Positions 29,446-39,296 of a DNA stretch of 64,000 bases are shown here, piece after piece. Origin of the DNA: Sedimentisphaerales bacterium (lineage in GTDB: Bacteria; Planctomycetota; Phycisphaerae; Sedimentisphaerales; SM23-30); the NCBI GenBank assembly GCA_963663805.2, contig CAXXMR010000009.1:224001-288000 (forward strand). Reading direction: 5' to 3'. Each line of letters begins with the position of its first letter. Position 1 is the stretch's first letter. The notes beneath the pieces are model-generated. The model made no database searches. It was not told where the DNA came from and saw only the letters and a list, made by a program, of their open reading frames with translations. The position numbers were made by a program, and so were the translations under genes.

Positions 29446-31035
29446 TTATGACGATGATTTAGGTTTGTCTTTCAAGGTCCAGACCGTAAGACCTGCCAAG
29501 TTCTTTTTGTTTTTGGTGGGGAATAAAGAAGTCAGCGAGTAACCCAGGATGAACATAATTGAATCACCGAAAATAAGCGTATAATAAATATCGAAGGGCA
29601 GTACCAGAGAGGCGGGCAGGATTCCCTTGTCGCCAAGGACTACCCATAAGGTAAACAGGATGGTGCAAACGATACCCGCAATTACAGATTTGGCGTTGCC
29701 TTTGGTGGTGAAAAAACCGAGTACGTAAATGCCCAGCAGGCCGGCGCCGAAGACGGACATTATGATAACCATCATTTCCCGCACGGTTTTGGTAGTAGTA
29801 TAAATCAGGATAAGTGCTCCGATAATCATTACCACAGAGGCCAGAGTTGCCAACACCTGAGCGACTCTTAGATAATGTTTGTCGTCACGATTTTTGGAGA
29901 TGTGTCTGCGGTAGATGTCTACCACGCCGAGCGTACATATCGCGTTGATGGAGGAATCCAGCGAACTCATGGCTGCCGCTAAGGCTGAAGCTACCACCAG
30001 ACCGCGGAAGCCTATGGGCATATAATTGACAATAAAGAAGGGGAGAACCTGTTCGGCTTTTTTGGTTCCTTCGAGCATTTGGGTGGTGGCTTCGGTGGGG
30101 TTGGCTTTGAAGAAAACGTACAGGGCGGTGCCCAGAAACATGTAGAAAGCCCAAATTGGCAAACTGGACAGAACCGTTACGACAACGGCCCAGCGTGCGT
30201 CCTTGTCACTTTTGGCAGTACAGTAACGCTGGATGGTGCACTGGTCAGCGCTGAATCCTTTGAGCCAGCCGAGCAGGCCCACTATGAACAGCATAGTGAA
30301 AGTTTTTTCGGTGAGGCTGAAGCCCCAGGCGGTATCGACTAACTGGCCGCCTTGAAGATGTGCGAAACTTAGTTTGTTGTCGGCGGTGGCGACAGTGATG
30401 ATTTCGTTAAGTCCGCCGGGCAGTTTTGTTATTATGATTATAAGGCAAAATATGCCGCCCAAAAATAACAGAATAGTTTGGACAACATCGGTCCAGATTA
30501 CCGCGTCAATGCCGCCGAAGATGGTGTATGTTCCCACAAAAATTCCAGCGACGATTACGCACAGGTTCAGATTGAATCCGGTCAACTCATGTATTAGCAA
30601 AGCTACCAGATAGAGTACTATGCTGAGCCTCATTAGCTGAGTGATAATGTATACTATTGAGGCGTAGGTGCGAATGCCGCCGCCGAAACGGTGCTCCAGA
30701 TACTCGTAGGCGGAGGTGACTTTTGCTTTGCGGAAAAAAGGAATAAACAACACCAGGGCCGCGACCGCCGCTATGGGCAGCCCGAAATTAGGAATATATC
30801 TGAGCCAGGCGGTTTTGAAGGCGTCGCCGGGATAAGCTATGAATGTTACTGAACTTATGGAGGTCGCTACGAGTGACAGGCCAATGACCCAGCCGCTGAA
30901 TGACCTTCCGCCAAGGAAATATTCTTCCGTGGAAGTGTTTTTCTTGGCGAAATAAAAGCCCATCCAGATGACGCCTGCCAGATAAAGCAAAATAACCGTG
31001 GTATCGATCCAGTGCATGTTGAAAGTGGATGTCAT
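29446..31035 (-). CDS. Sodium:solute symporter (SSS family; sugar or sugar-acid)
   Basis: EYFLGGRS, SAYEYLEHRF, AVIWTDVVQ, DQxxIQRY and AAAMSSLDSSIN; about 13 TM helices. Confidence 0.92.
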   Translation of the reverse strand: MTSTFNMHWIDTTVILLYLAGVIWMGFYFAKKNTSTEEYFLGGRSFSGWVIGLSLVATSISSVTFIAYPGDAFKTAWLRYIPNFGLPIAAVAALVLFIPFFRKAKVTSAYEYLEHRFGGGIRTYASIVYIITQLMRLSIVLYLVALLIHELTGFNLNLCVIVAGIFVGTYTIFGGIDAVIWTDVVQTILLFLGGIFCLIIIITKLPGGLNEIITVATADNKLSFAHLQGGQLVDTAWGFSLTEKTFTMLFIVGLLGWLKGFSADQCTIQRYCTAKSDKDARWAVVVTVLSSLPIWAFYMFLGTALYVFFKANPTEATTQMLEGTKKAEQVLPFFIVNYMPIGFRGLVVASALAAAMSSLDSSINAICTLGVVDIYRRHISKNRDDKHYLRVAQVLATLASVVMIIGALILIYTTTKTVREMMVIIMSVFGAGLLGIYVLGFFTTKGNAKSVIAGIVCTILFTLWVVLGDKGILPASLVLPFDIYYTLIFGDSIMFILGYSLTSLFPTKNKKNLAGLTVWTLKDKPKSSS

Positions 31036-31085
31036 TTGTCTTCCTTATGGGTAGGGGGCAGGTATTCTAAGAGCTGGGAAATTTT

Positions 31086-32189
31086 CTAACGTACGACGCG
31101 GCCCGAGGCGTTTCCGGACATTAGCCTGAGGACTTCCGAACGATTTGCGAAATTGAAGTCTCCCTCAAGGCTATGGGCCAGGCATGAGGCCGCAGCGGCA
31201 AAGCGAACAATCAGGTCGTTATCCTGATTTAATTCATTGTCCAGCATAGCGTAAATCAGACCCGCGGAAAAGGAGTCTCCACCGCCTACCCGGTCAACGA
31301 TATTTTTGATTTCATAGGGTGTATAATCACCTTGCGAATTGGCGGGGCCGAAACAGGCTTTTTTTGAGGTGGTATCATAAAGCATACCTCCCCAATTGTT
31401 GTGACTGGCGGAAATACTTTCCCGCAGAGTAAAGGCGATTTTGGAGATATTTGGGAAGCGCTGAGCAATCGCAGCCGCTGTCGCTATATATCCACTGATG
31501 TCGAGTTTGCCGGTATTGATTTGGCTATTACCTGCCTTTATGTCTAAAACATCATAAGCATCTTCTTCGTTGCCGATTACCACATCGGCAAAGGGCAGCA
31601 TCTGTTCGATGGATTTTTTTGCAAGTTGTCGTTCAGTAAGACTTTTGTCCCATTTCCAGAGTTTGCCGCGGAAATTTAAATCTATCGATACTTGAAGATG
31701 GTGTTTTTTGGCTTGCTTGACAGCTTCCAGTGACAGCAGGAACGCTTCTTGCGATAAGGCCGGAGTGACTCCGGTAATATGAAACCAGTCAGTGTTATTG
31801 AACATGTCGGGGAAATCAAACATAGAAATATCGGCCCGGCTGATACTGCTTCCCATACGGTCGTAAATTACATTACTGGGGCGTTGATTCGCTCCGGTTT
31901 CCAGATAGAAAGTGCCCAGTCTGCCTTCGTCGGACTTGACTGTATAGTCGGTCTTGACGCCGATTTGTCTCAAATTGTTCAGGCAGGCCTGGCTGATGTA
32001 ATTATCAGGTAGAGCCGTTACGAAACAGGAATTCAGCCCCAGAAGGGCCAGGGATGCCGCGACATTGGCTTCAGCACCGGCAAAGGTACAGTCCATTGGG
32101 CCGGGCAGGGCCTGGAGAAACCGTTTATGGCCCGGCGTAGTTAATCGCATCATTATTTCACCGAAGGTGACTACTTTTGACATGAGCAA
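31086..32189 (-). CDS. kdgK: PfkB-family sugar kinase, 2-keto-3-deoxygluconate kinase-like
   Basis: VVTFGEIMMRL, GAEANVA, DLNFRGKLW and DRVGGGDSF; adjacent to eda. Confidence 0.85.
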   Translation of the reverse strand: MLMSKVVTFGEIMMRLTTPGHKRFLQALPGPMDCTFAGAEANVAASLALLGLNSCFVTALPDNYISQACLNNLRQIGVKTDYTVKSDEGRLGTFYLETGANQRPSNVIYDRMGSSISRADISMFDFPDMFNNTDWFHITGVTPALSQEAFLLSLEAVKQAKKHHLQVSIDLNFRGKLWKWDKSLTERQLAKKSIEQMLPFADVVIGNEEDAYDVLDIKAGNSQINTGKLDISGYIATAAAIAQRFPNISKIAFTLRESISASHNNWGGMLYDTTSKKACFGPANSQGDYTPYEIKNIVDRVGGGDSFSAGLIYAMLDNELNQDNDLIVRFAAAASCLAHSLEGDFNFANRSEVLRLMSGNASGRVVR

Positions 32190-32209
32190 ACAAATCCTGA
32201 AAAGATGAT

Positions 32210-32941
32210 TTAATAATTGGGCACAGTATTATTTTGCGGCTTGTGTGAAATTGAGGGTAGTTCCGCGATTCCGGAAGGATTTGGGTTTTTCCTTACGTTG
32301 ATTTTATCAGCAAAATTAATACACTTACGGGCTTTTTCGGTAATTGTTTCCCAGTTATGTTCTTTGACGAGATTCGGACTTAGCATCCAGGAGCCGCCTA
32401 TGGCCAGGATATTGCTATCGGCGAGATATTCGCCGAAATTATTTTCATTTAAGCCTCCCAACGGGATGTATTTCAGACCCAAATGTTCGTATGGAGCGGC
32501 CATACTTTTGAGATACTTCAATGAGCCGATGGGTTCAGCGGGGAAGAATTTTAGAATCTTACAATCAAATTCCAAGGCTGTTTCTATATCCGAAGGTGTC
32601 GCGATACCTGGTGCAAAAGCCAAGCCGCACTCCTTGGCCGTTGCCAGAACCTGGCGATTAGTTCCCGGTGAGACCCCAAAACGTACTTTTGCTTGGGCAA
32701 GTTTGCGGACCTGTTCCGGTTTGATAACCGTTCCTGCACCGATAGTCAGTTCGGGGAGATTCTCGCGGATAGCCAGCAATGCTTCAAATGAAATATCTGT
32801 GCGCCAGGCCAACTCAATCAATCTGATGCCGCCTCGAGCGAGGGCTCGAGCTGCCGGTACAGCGTCCTTGATATTGTCAATGACCATCACGGCCATTATT
32901 TTATTTTTCTGAAATATTTTTTGTAATTCGATGTCGAACAT
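32210..32941 (-). CDS. eda: KDPG/KHG aldolase
   Basis: IGAGTV, FGVSPG, PGIATPSD, KFFPAE, PLGG and GGSW motifs. Confidence 0.92.
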   Translation of the reverse strand: MFDIELQKIFQKNKIMAVMVIDNIKDAVPAARALARGGIRLIELAWRTDISFEALLAIRENLPELTIGAGTVIKPEQVRKLAQAKVRFGVSPGTNRQVLATAKECGLAFAPGIATPSDIETALEFDCKILKFFPAEPIGSLKYLKSMAAPYEHLGLKYIPLGGLNENNFGEYLADSNILAIGGSWMLSPNLVKEHNWETITEKARKCINFADKINVRKNPNPSGIAELPSISHKPQNNTVPNY

Positions 32942-32955
32942 TGTTAAAACCAGTC

Positions 32956-34074
32956 TTAATATTTGTATTTTTCAATATCATCCACACTGAAAGAGACCAT
33001 ATACACTTCGCCTTCCTGATAGCGGTTACTGTCATGGATACAGTAAATTCTGCCCTGGAACTCGACTGCGTCTGGGTAGCTGACATTATGCCCCTGAGCA
33101 ATTTGCAGGGGGGCGGTCCAGGTTTTACCTTCATCCTCTGACAGATAAGCGCATATTTGGCTGCGATTATCTTTTTCGGCCGTATTAATCATCAACCATC
33201 TGCCCTCGGAAATACTGCCGATATAAAACCGTGTGCCGGGATTTACGATTCCGGTGCTGTATGCCTCGCTCCAGGTCTCTCCGCCGTTTGCGGAGATTGA
33301 CTCCCAGATATGTCCCTCATTGGTTCTAATCCACATTACAATCTCGCCGGATAGTTTTTCGATGAACATGGATTCAATGGCCCAGTCCGGGGCGGCGACA
33401 TCACCTGCGAAATGCCAGTTTTTGCCGTGGTCATCAGAAATAACCGCTCCCTGCAGCATAAACTGTTTAATCAGCCAGTCGCGGTCAGGGTTGCGGATAC
33501 CGTCAATCAGCCAGCGTTCATGATTAGGGGTACGCAGCTTGAGAATTTCGGCGGGGTCTGACCAAAGTCGGCGGTTTTCCTCGATTTTGCAACCGAACCA
33601 GTAAACCGGATTGCGGTTCCAGCTTAGAGGAATTAACCAGCGGTCTTTTGAAGTGACCAGCGGTTTGTTCAGCCGGAAGGAATAAGGCAGTCCGAAGTCA
33701 AATTTTCGGGGTTTGCTCCATTGCAACACTTCGGCATCGGGGTCGTTACATTCTATTATCTCGAACGAATTGTAATTTTCTATCGGGTCGGAGACGTTAT
33801 ATGTCAGCCACAATTTACCTTCCGGCGTAAGCCATAAACAGGGGTCGTACACCCTTTTCATTCCTGGAAAATCCACCAGGATTTCCGGTTTTGTGAAATT
33901 TTGGCCGTCGCGACTGGTTTGGATGAAAATACAGTTTGTAGAATACGGTTCACATGGACCGCCGGCGAACCAGGCGGCAATAAAACGTCCCCGTGGCGTG
34001 ATTTCGATAGTTGGTGCTGCCAGCCAGGTTTGTCCCGCCTGAAATTTGTCGGCTATTTTTACTTTTTCCAGCAT
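32956..34074 (-). CDS. Sialidase-like BNR/Asp-box protein (no signal peptide)
   Basis: Asp boxes SRDGQNF, SDDHGKNW, SANGGETWS and SEDEGKTW; C-terminal SYP. Confidence 0.85.
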   Translation of the reverse strand: MLEKVKIADKFQAGQTWLAAPTIEITPRGRFIAAWFAGGPCEPYSTNCIFIQTSRDGQNFTKPEILVDFPGMKRVYDPCLWLTPEGKLWLTYNVSDPIENYNSFEIIECNDPDAEVLQWSKPRKFDFGLPYSFRLNKPLVTSKDRWLIPLSWNRNPVYWFGCKIEENRRLWSDPAEILKLRTPNHERWLIDGIRNPDRDWLIKQFMLQGAVISDDHGKNWHFAGDVAAPDWAIESMFIEKLSGEIVMWIRTNEGHIWESISANGGETWSEAYSTGIVNPGTRFYIGSISEGRWLMINTAEKDNRSQICAYLSEDEGKTWTAPLQIAQGHNVSYPDAVEFQGRIYCIHDSNRYQEGEVYMVSFSVDDIEKYKY

Positions 34075-34146
34075 GATGATCCTGTTAATTGTTAACCGCT
34101 TATAATCTCAATAATTAAATTGTAAAGAATAAGCGAGGAAGGACCA

Positions 34147-34181
34147 CTTCTTTTTGCGTAAAAAAAACATCATTTTGCAAA
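34147..34181 (-). promoter_or_regulatory. XylR-type operator, variant A
   Basis: Minus strand TTTGCAAAATGATGTTTTTTTTACGCAAAAAGAAG; half-sites 21 bp apart; near-identical to 35537-35571. Confidence 0.7.
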
Positions 34182-34206
34182 CTAAGTCACAGGCGACTAT
34201 TCTATA

Positions 34207-35391
34207 TCAAATGATATCGGCTCCGGGATTGATGTCAACATTGCCATATTTGTCACGAAATGCCCGACAGGTCATACCTTTATTTTGTTTATAATAGCGG
34301 GCCAGGTTATTGGCACTATTGAATCCCAGATTGTGAGCTATCTGATGGATAGGGATGTTGGTACGCAAAAGCATCTGGGAGATTTTTTCGACCCGGGCCT
34401 GTTTGATTTCATCGTGAATAGTTTTGCCCATTAACAGCAGAAACCGTTTTTCAAGGGTTCGTCGAGATAAAGCCACTTTTGACGCGACATCTTCCACCTG
34501 AATAGGCTGATTGGCGTTTAATCTTATATATCGGATAGCTTGCAGGACTTCCGGGTCATCAATTGCCAGAGTGTCGGTGGAGCGACGGGTTTTGACGCCC
34601 ATAGTTTGAACCACAATTTCTGTTTTTCGTGGTTTTTTGCCGTTTATCAGGTTCATAAGCAGTTCGGCTGCTTCATACCCTCCCTTAACAGCGTTTAATG
34701 ACACACTTGACAGGGGTGGGTCGGACAAGTCGCAGACATATGGGTCATTGTCCACGCCCAGGATAGCAACTTCATCAGGAACTTTCAGTCCAGCGCGTTT
34801 ACAGGCTTCGCTTACATGACGGGAGCGTTCGTCGATACAGGCGAAAATCGCGACAGGCTTAGGTAGTGATTTCAGCCAGGCGCAAAGCCGGACTTGTTCT
34901 TTTTCCCAGGAGCGTTTGATATTAGCCTGGGTTTTTTCGTAAACCGATACCTCAAAACCGTGCTCGGCTACCTTTGCGGCAAAGGCTTCGTATCTTTGTT
35001 TGGAATATCTTACATCCTCAAATCCGCAATAGCCAAAGTGCTTATATTTTCTGTCTAAAAGGTGGTTTGCGGCCATTTCTCCGATCTCAGTATTATTGGC
35101 GGTAATGAGGTATTTGTAGCTTGATGGTTCGGTGCGGCTGACGTAAACCACCATGGGTAGATTTGAAGCGAGCGTCTTCTTGTCAAGTTTTTCATCGCGG
35201 GCAATGATTCCGTCGATTTTCCAGTCTTTTAGTTCGGCGAAGGAAATTTTATTTCGTCCGCTGGTCTCAGAATAAAAAGCAAGTGGTCCGCAAATGTGGG
35301 AATAACGAGCGATTCCTTTGAGGATATTGCGTCCGTAAAGTCGTGAGGTTTCGATTAATAAAGCTATTCTTTTCAAGGGGTATCGCTCCAT
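34207..35391 (-). CDS. XylR-type regulator (periplasmic-binding-like domain + C-terminal AraC HTH)
   Basis: RIALLIETSRLYGR, LPKPVAIFA, GVDND, PPLSSV and SRRTLEKRF. Start set at MERYP; the 74-codon extension in the ORF track crosses the promoter region. Confidence 0.9.
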   Translation of the reverse strand: MERYPLKRIALLIETSRLYGRNILKGIARYSHICGPLAFYSETSGRNKISFAELKDWKIDGIIARDEKLDKKTLASNLPMVVYVSRTEPSSYKYLITANNTEIGEMAANHLLDRKYKHFGYCGFEDVRYSKQRYEAFAAKVAEHGFEVSVYEKTQANIKRSWEKEQVRLCAWLKSLPKPVAIFACIDERSRHVSEACKRAGLKVPDEVAILGVDNDPYVCDLSDPPLSSVSLNAVKGGYEAAELLMNLINGKKPRKTEIVVQTMGVKTRRSTDTLAIDDPEVLQAIRYIRLNANQPIQVEDVASKVALSRRTLEKRFLLLMGKTIHDEIKQARVEKISQMLLRTNIPIHQIAHNLGFNSANNLARYYKQNKGMTCRAFRDKYGNVDINPGADII

Positions 35392-35536
35392 GCGGTGAAG
35401 GTGCCGATTGATTGTGGGCAAAATAAAATCTTCATTATGCGTAATAAGTATATCGTCGGTATGGAATTTGCACAAGTGGAAAAAGTTTTTTTCGTATTTT
35501 TCTAAGGGTATCAGGTGTTTGTTTATGCAGGTCCGC

Positions 35537-35571
35537 TTTGCAAAATGAGGTTTTTTTTGCGCAAAAAGAGG
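35537..35571 (+). promoter_or_regulatory. XylR-type operator, variant A
   Basis: TTTGCAAAATGAGGTTTTTTTTGCGCAAAAAGAGG upstream of 35710. Confidence 0.7.
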
Positions 35572-35709
35572 TAGCTTGAAGGAGTGATTTTTACGATAAA
35601 TGAGACATGGCACTGAGAGAAAATATGTTGAATATTGCTATCGTATCCGAAAAGGATTTCCTGTTTCAGGAATACAAACAGTTGTTTTTTGCACAGAAGG
35701 AGATGTAGA

Positions 35710-36978
35710 ATGAAGAATTTAATGTTGATTATGATTGTTGCCGCTAGCCTTGCAGGTACCTCTTTGGCAGCTACGGCATTGTGGGATCCAAATGTGGCCT
35801 TAGGTGATTTCGATATGCTTAATGCCGATAACTGGAGCAGGGATCTAGCCAGTGCCACGGCTCATGGCTTGTGCGGCGGATTTGAGTCTACGGCAATTCT
35901 GGATGGCGATTGGACCTATAATAAAAGCATGCATATTGGCACAACCGGTTTGGGTGTTGTGAAGATGGTCGGTGGTTTACTGGATGTCAGCAGCCTAAGG
36001 ATTGGTGACGATTACTGGACGCAGAAAGACGGGGAAGACAATGTTCTTCATTATGGCGATAATGGTATTTTGATAGTCGAAAACGGTACCGTAGACGCTT
36101 CAAATACTACTGTGGGCCATGGCAATTTAGGCATTCTCACGATTAACGGCGGAACTGTCAATGCCGGTTCTTTTGTGACCGTCGGTACGGAAAGCGGTGA
36201 CCTGATGGGCATAAGTACAGACGGGACAACTATCGCTTACTATGTGCCTTTTGCCGGAACCGGTTATCTGAATATGACCGGTGGAGTACTAAACTGTGAG
36301 CATATCAATGTCGGCAGAGACCCTCGTTGTCTGGCTGAGGTTGATCTCAGCGGTGATGCTTTGCTGGAAGTTTATGACGACAACGCGGCTGAGCCCAGTG
36401 ACTCATATTTTCGTATCGGCGACCCCGAAGCGATTACTCGTCTGACTATCGCGGGTGCCGCCAGATTGCGGGCGGGTTCGATTAGTCTTCTTACTCCCAC
36501 GATTATCAAATTTGTTCTTGATGAGAGCTCTTTGAGCGATTCTCGAATTGACGTTTATGATTATGACCCGGAAGACACTTTCATTATAACTTATGAAGAT
36601 GTGACAATAGGCGGCGAAATCTATCTTGAATTTGCCGGTGACCCGATTGCCAACATTCCTTTTGATATTATTTCGTCCGTCACCGATTTGAATCAGATAG
36701 AGTCGGGTTCTGAGCCGGTAGTTGATAAATTGTCCGCAGAATCAGCGGCAGCAGGCTGGTCACTAGCGATAGTTTTGGATGGTAATGGCGGCAGTATTCT
36801 TCAGGCGACCTACTCACCTGACTTTGCGACTTGCGAAGAAGTTATTGCGACTGGCTTTGGTCTGGAAGCTGATTTTGATAAAGATTGTGATGTTGACCTG
36901 AATGATTTTGCCGTAATGTCCGCCGGTTGGCTTGGCAATAACAATCCCGAAGATATTAATCACACACCTAACTGGTAA
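35710..36978 (+). CDS. Secreted beta-strand-repeat protein with C-terminal dockerin-like motif
   Basis: AAGGAG RBS; signal peptide; GxLxxxGGxV repeats; ADFDKDCDVDLNDFAVMSAGWL. Confidence 0.75.
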   Translation: MKNLMLIMIVAASLAGTSLAATALWDPNVALGDFDMLNADNWSRDLASATAHGLCGGFESTAILDGDWTYNKSMHIGTTGLGVVKMVGGLLDVSSLRIGDDYWTQKDGEDNVLHYGDNGILIVENGTVDASNTTVGHGNLGILTINGGTVNAGSFVTVGTESGDLMGISTDGTTIAYYVPFAGTGYLNMTGGVLNCEHINVGRDPRCLAEVDLSGDALLEVYDDNAAEPSDSYFRIGDPEAITRLTIAGAARLRAGSISLLTPTIIKFVLDESSLSDSRIDVYDYDPEDTFIITYEDVTIGGEIYLEFAGDPIANIPFDIISSVTDLNQIESGSEPVVDKLSAESAAAGWSLAIVLDGNGGSILQATYSPDFATCEEVIATGFGLEADFDKDCDVDLNDFAVMSAGWLGNNNPEDINHTPNW

Positions 36979-37068
36979 GAGGCAACTATAAATTGGATCG
37001 GCAGGGGTCTGCAAATGCTCCTGCCGATATTCCTTACTCTATCAAAAATAGCAGGGCAGGTAAATTAA

Positions 37069-37911
37069 ATGAATAAAAAGAAAAAAGCATTTACCCTGGT
37101 TGAGTTGCTCGTGGTCGTAGCGATAATCGCTTTGCTGGTTTCGATACTTCTGCCGGCGTTAGGCCAGGCCCGTCAGGCAGCCCAAAAGGTTGTTTGCATG
37201 TCATTTGTTCGACAGATGGTTCTGGCCAGCATCGGCTATATGTCGGAAAATAGAGATGCTTTTCCGGAGCAACATGCTTTTCGGCCGACGAGCTTTGTCA
37301 ATCCCGACCTTCAGGTTAATCAGGGCGATGTTGGGCATGGCCTAACCGACCCAGACCCGACTTACTACTGCTGGGCCTATCGGATTGACCCGTACATCAG
37401 CTGGGAAAATCAGCCGGAGTCGAAATGCTGTCCGAGTCTGCGTAATGATTATCACCAGGATATGGAAGGTACCGGCAATGTGGGATTAAGCTATTTCGCC
37501 AATAGTGTTTTGACAACTTTCGGGGGCCACAATGCCCGTCGCCTGAATAATCTTATCGCGATTACCGAATTATTTGAGTCGGCTTATACCGTGCGGACAT
37601 TCCCGCGTTTACGCCGGAAAAGCGGCGTTAGTAATGCCTGGGACACTCTCAGCGAATCTCAAGTGCAGGGCTATAACTGGATGACCAAATTAGATGGCAG
37701 CCTCTGGGCACATCTTCCCCACAAAGATAAGCGTCCCGAAGAAGGCGGCAGGAATTATGGTTTTCTGGACGGCCATGCAGAATTCCTGGAATGGCAGGAT
37801 GTTACTTGCGGCATGTTTGGTTTGGCCATTGACGGTGACCGGAATGCTCAGGAGCCCATTGGGGTTGGTGGTTCGAGTACCGCTGTCCGGCTGGGTGATG
37901 TTGTTTATTAA
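37069..37911 (+). CDS. Prepilin-type N-methylation / H-X9-DG (DUF1559-like) protein
   Basis: [33 protein letters not shown] and NYGFLDGHAE. Confidence 0.88.
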   Translation: MNKKKKAFTLVELLVVVAIIALLVSILLPALGQARQAAQKVVCMSFVRQMVLASIGYMSENRDAFPEQHAFRPTSFVNPDLQVNQGDVGHGLTDPDPTYYCWAYRIDPYISWENQPESKCCPSLRNDYHQDMEGTGNVGLSYFANSVLTTFGGHNARRLNNLIAITELFESAYTVRTFPRLRRKSGVSNAWDTLSESQVQGYNWMTKLDGSLWAHLPHKDKRPEEGGRNYGFLDGHAEFLEWQDVTCGMFGLAIDGDRNAQEPIGVGGSSTAVRLGDVVY

Positions 37912-37969
37912 AATTGCCATCGTGGTGTTATAATATTGGTTTCTACCTTCCTTTTTTGGGGTTTGCTGC

Positions 37970-39289
37970 ATGAGAAAATTATCTGTAATCATGACTTTAC
38001 TTATCAATTTATGCGCTTTTGCCGGTGATATTGATACCTGGCATGTTCAGCCTATTGCCACGGAGCAGGTATTTTACACTGCCGCTGACCCTGAAAACGT
38101 ATTTGTTGCCACTCCCGGCATTGTGGTTTGTCCCACGGGCAGGATTGTCGCTATTATGCAGGTTAGCGGCAAAGGGATTGATAGTATCCCGGAAGTCAAA
38201 AAAGGCGGCAGAACCTTTGTTTATACTTCTGATGACCATAGCGAAACCTGGACGCATCAGGCGAATCTCGATATGATGCACGCCCGACCTTTTGTCGCCG
38301 GCAATAAAGTTTATATAATTGGCCAGATGCACGATGTGAGAATCTCCCGTTCGGATGACTGGGGCAAAACCTGGTCGGAAGCCGTGGAATTGACCGAAGG
38401 CGAAAGCTGGCACGCTTCTGCCAATACGGTACTGCATGACGGCGGGTATGTGTATCTTACTTTGGAAAAACGTGTGTGTAACGATTCGTCGGCCTGGCCG
38501 GTTGCTGAATTGGCACCGATACTTTTCCGAGGTAAAGTAAGTCAAGACCTGACCAAAAAAGAAAACTGGGACCTCTGGTCCGCCCCCGTATTTAAAGATG
38601 TTATCAACGACAAGGAACTGGAAACTTATTTTGGCATACCTTTTCAGCCGGCTTTTTACCCAGATAGGTACTATTTACCAGATGCGGGCAAACGCAGTGC
38701 CAGCCCGATAGGTTGGCTGGAAACTAATGTAGTAAAAATTTATGATCCACATCATTATTTTTACGACCCGCAAGGTCAAGCTATCCATTTACTTATGCGG
38801 GCCAATACCGGCCTGACCAATATCGCCTGTATCGCGAAATGTGTTGTCAAGCCCGATGGTTCGCTGGTAACCGAGCTGGAGCAGGCACCTTCGGGCAAAG
38901 ACCTGCTTTTTGTCCCCTTGCCCGGCGGACACATGCGCTTCCATGTAATATATGATAAACCCAGCGGCTTATACTGGCTTTTAAGTACTCAATCAACCGA
39001 CAGCATGACAAAGGCGCAGTATCTCCCGGCGGACAGATTCGGCGGGCCGGATAACGAAAGAAGAAGACTGCAACTGCATTTTTCCAAAAATCTTTTTGAT
39101 TGGTGTTTTGCCGGTCTGGTTGCCGTGGGGCCATCAGAAAAAGAGGCCCGCCATTACGCCTCGATGGATGTGGACGGCGATGACCTGGTAATACTGTCTC
39201 GTTCGGGCGACAAAAACGCCCAAAGTTCCCATAACGGCAATGTAATCACATTCCATAAAATTACCAATTTCCGCAGACTAATTTATTGA
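37970..39289 (+). CDS. Secreted sialidase-like BNR protein
   Basis: Signal peptide; SDDHSETW and SDDWGKTWS Asp boxes; ARHYASM. Confidence 0.8.
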   Translation: MRKLSVIMTLLINLCAFAGDIDTWHVQPIATEQVFYTAADPENVFVATPGIVVCPTGRIVAIMQVSGKGIDSIPEVKKGGRTFVYTSDDHSETWTHQANLDMMHARPFVAGNKVYIIGQMHDVRISRSDDWGKTWSEAVELTEGESWHASANTVLHDGGYVYLTLEKRVCNDSSAWPVAELAPILFRGKVSQDLTKKENWDLWSAPVFKDVINDKELETYFGIPFQPAFYPDRYYLPDAGKRSASPIGWLETNVVKIYDPHHYFYDPQGQAIHLLMRANTGLTNIACIAKCVVKPDGSLVTELEQAPSGKDLLFVPLPGGHMRFHVIYDKPSGLYWLLSTQSTDSMTKAQYLPADRFGGPDNERRRLQLHFSKNLFDWCFAGLVAVGPSEKEARHYASMDVDGDDLVILSRSGDKNAQSSHNGNVITFHKITNFRRLIY

Positions 39290-39296
39290 GGTTAAA

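Noticed and set aside
29052..29462. 136-aa ORF after fusA
   Set aside because: It overlaps the fusA end, crosses the terminator and a repeat, and has no recognisable motif.
35392..35709. Long N-terminal extensions in the ORF track for 34207-35613 and 35635-36978 (also 55791-56867)
   Set aside because: They run through promoter/operator DNA or the neighbouring gene; internal ATGs fit the domain starts better.
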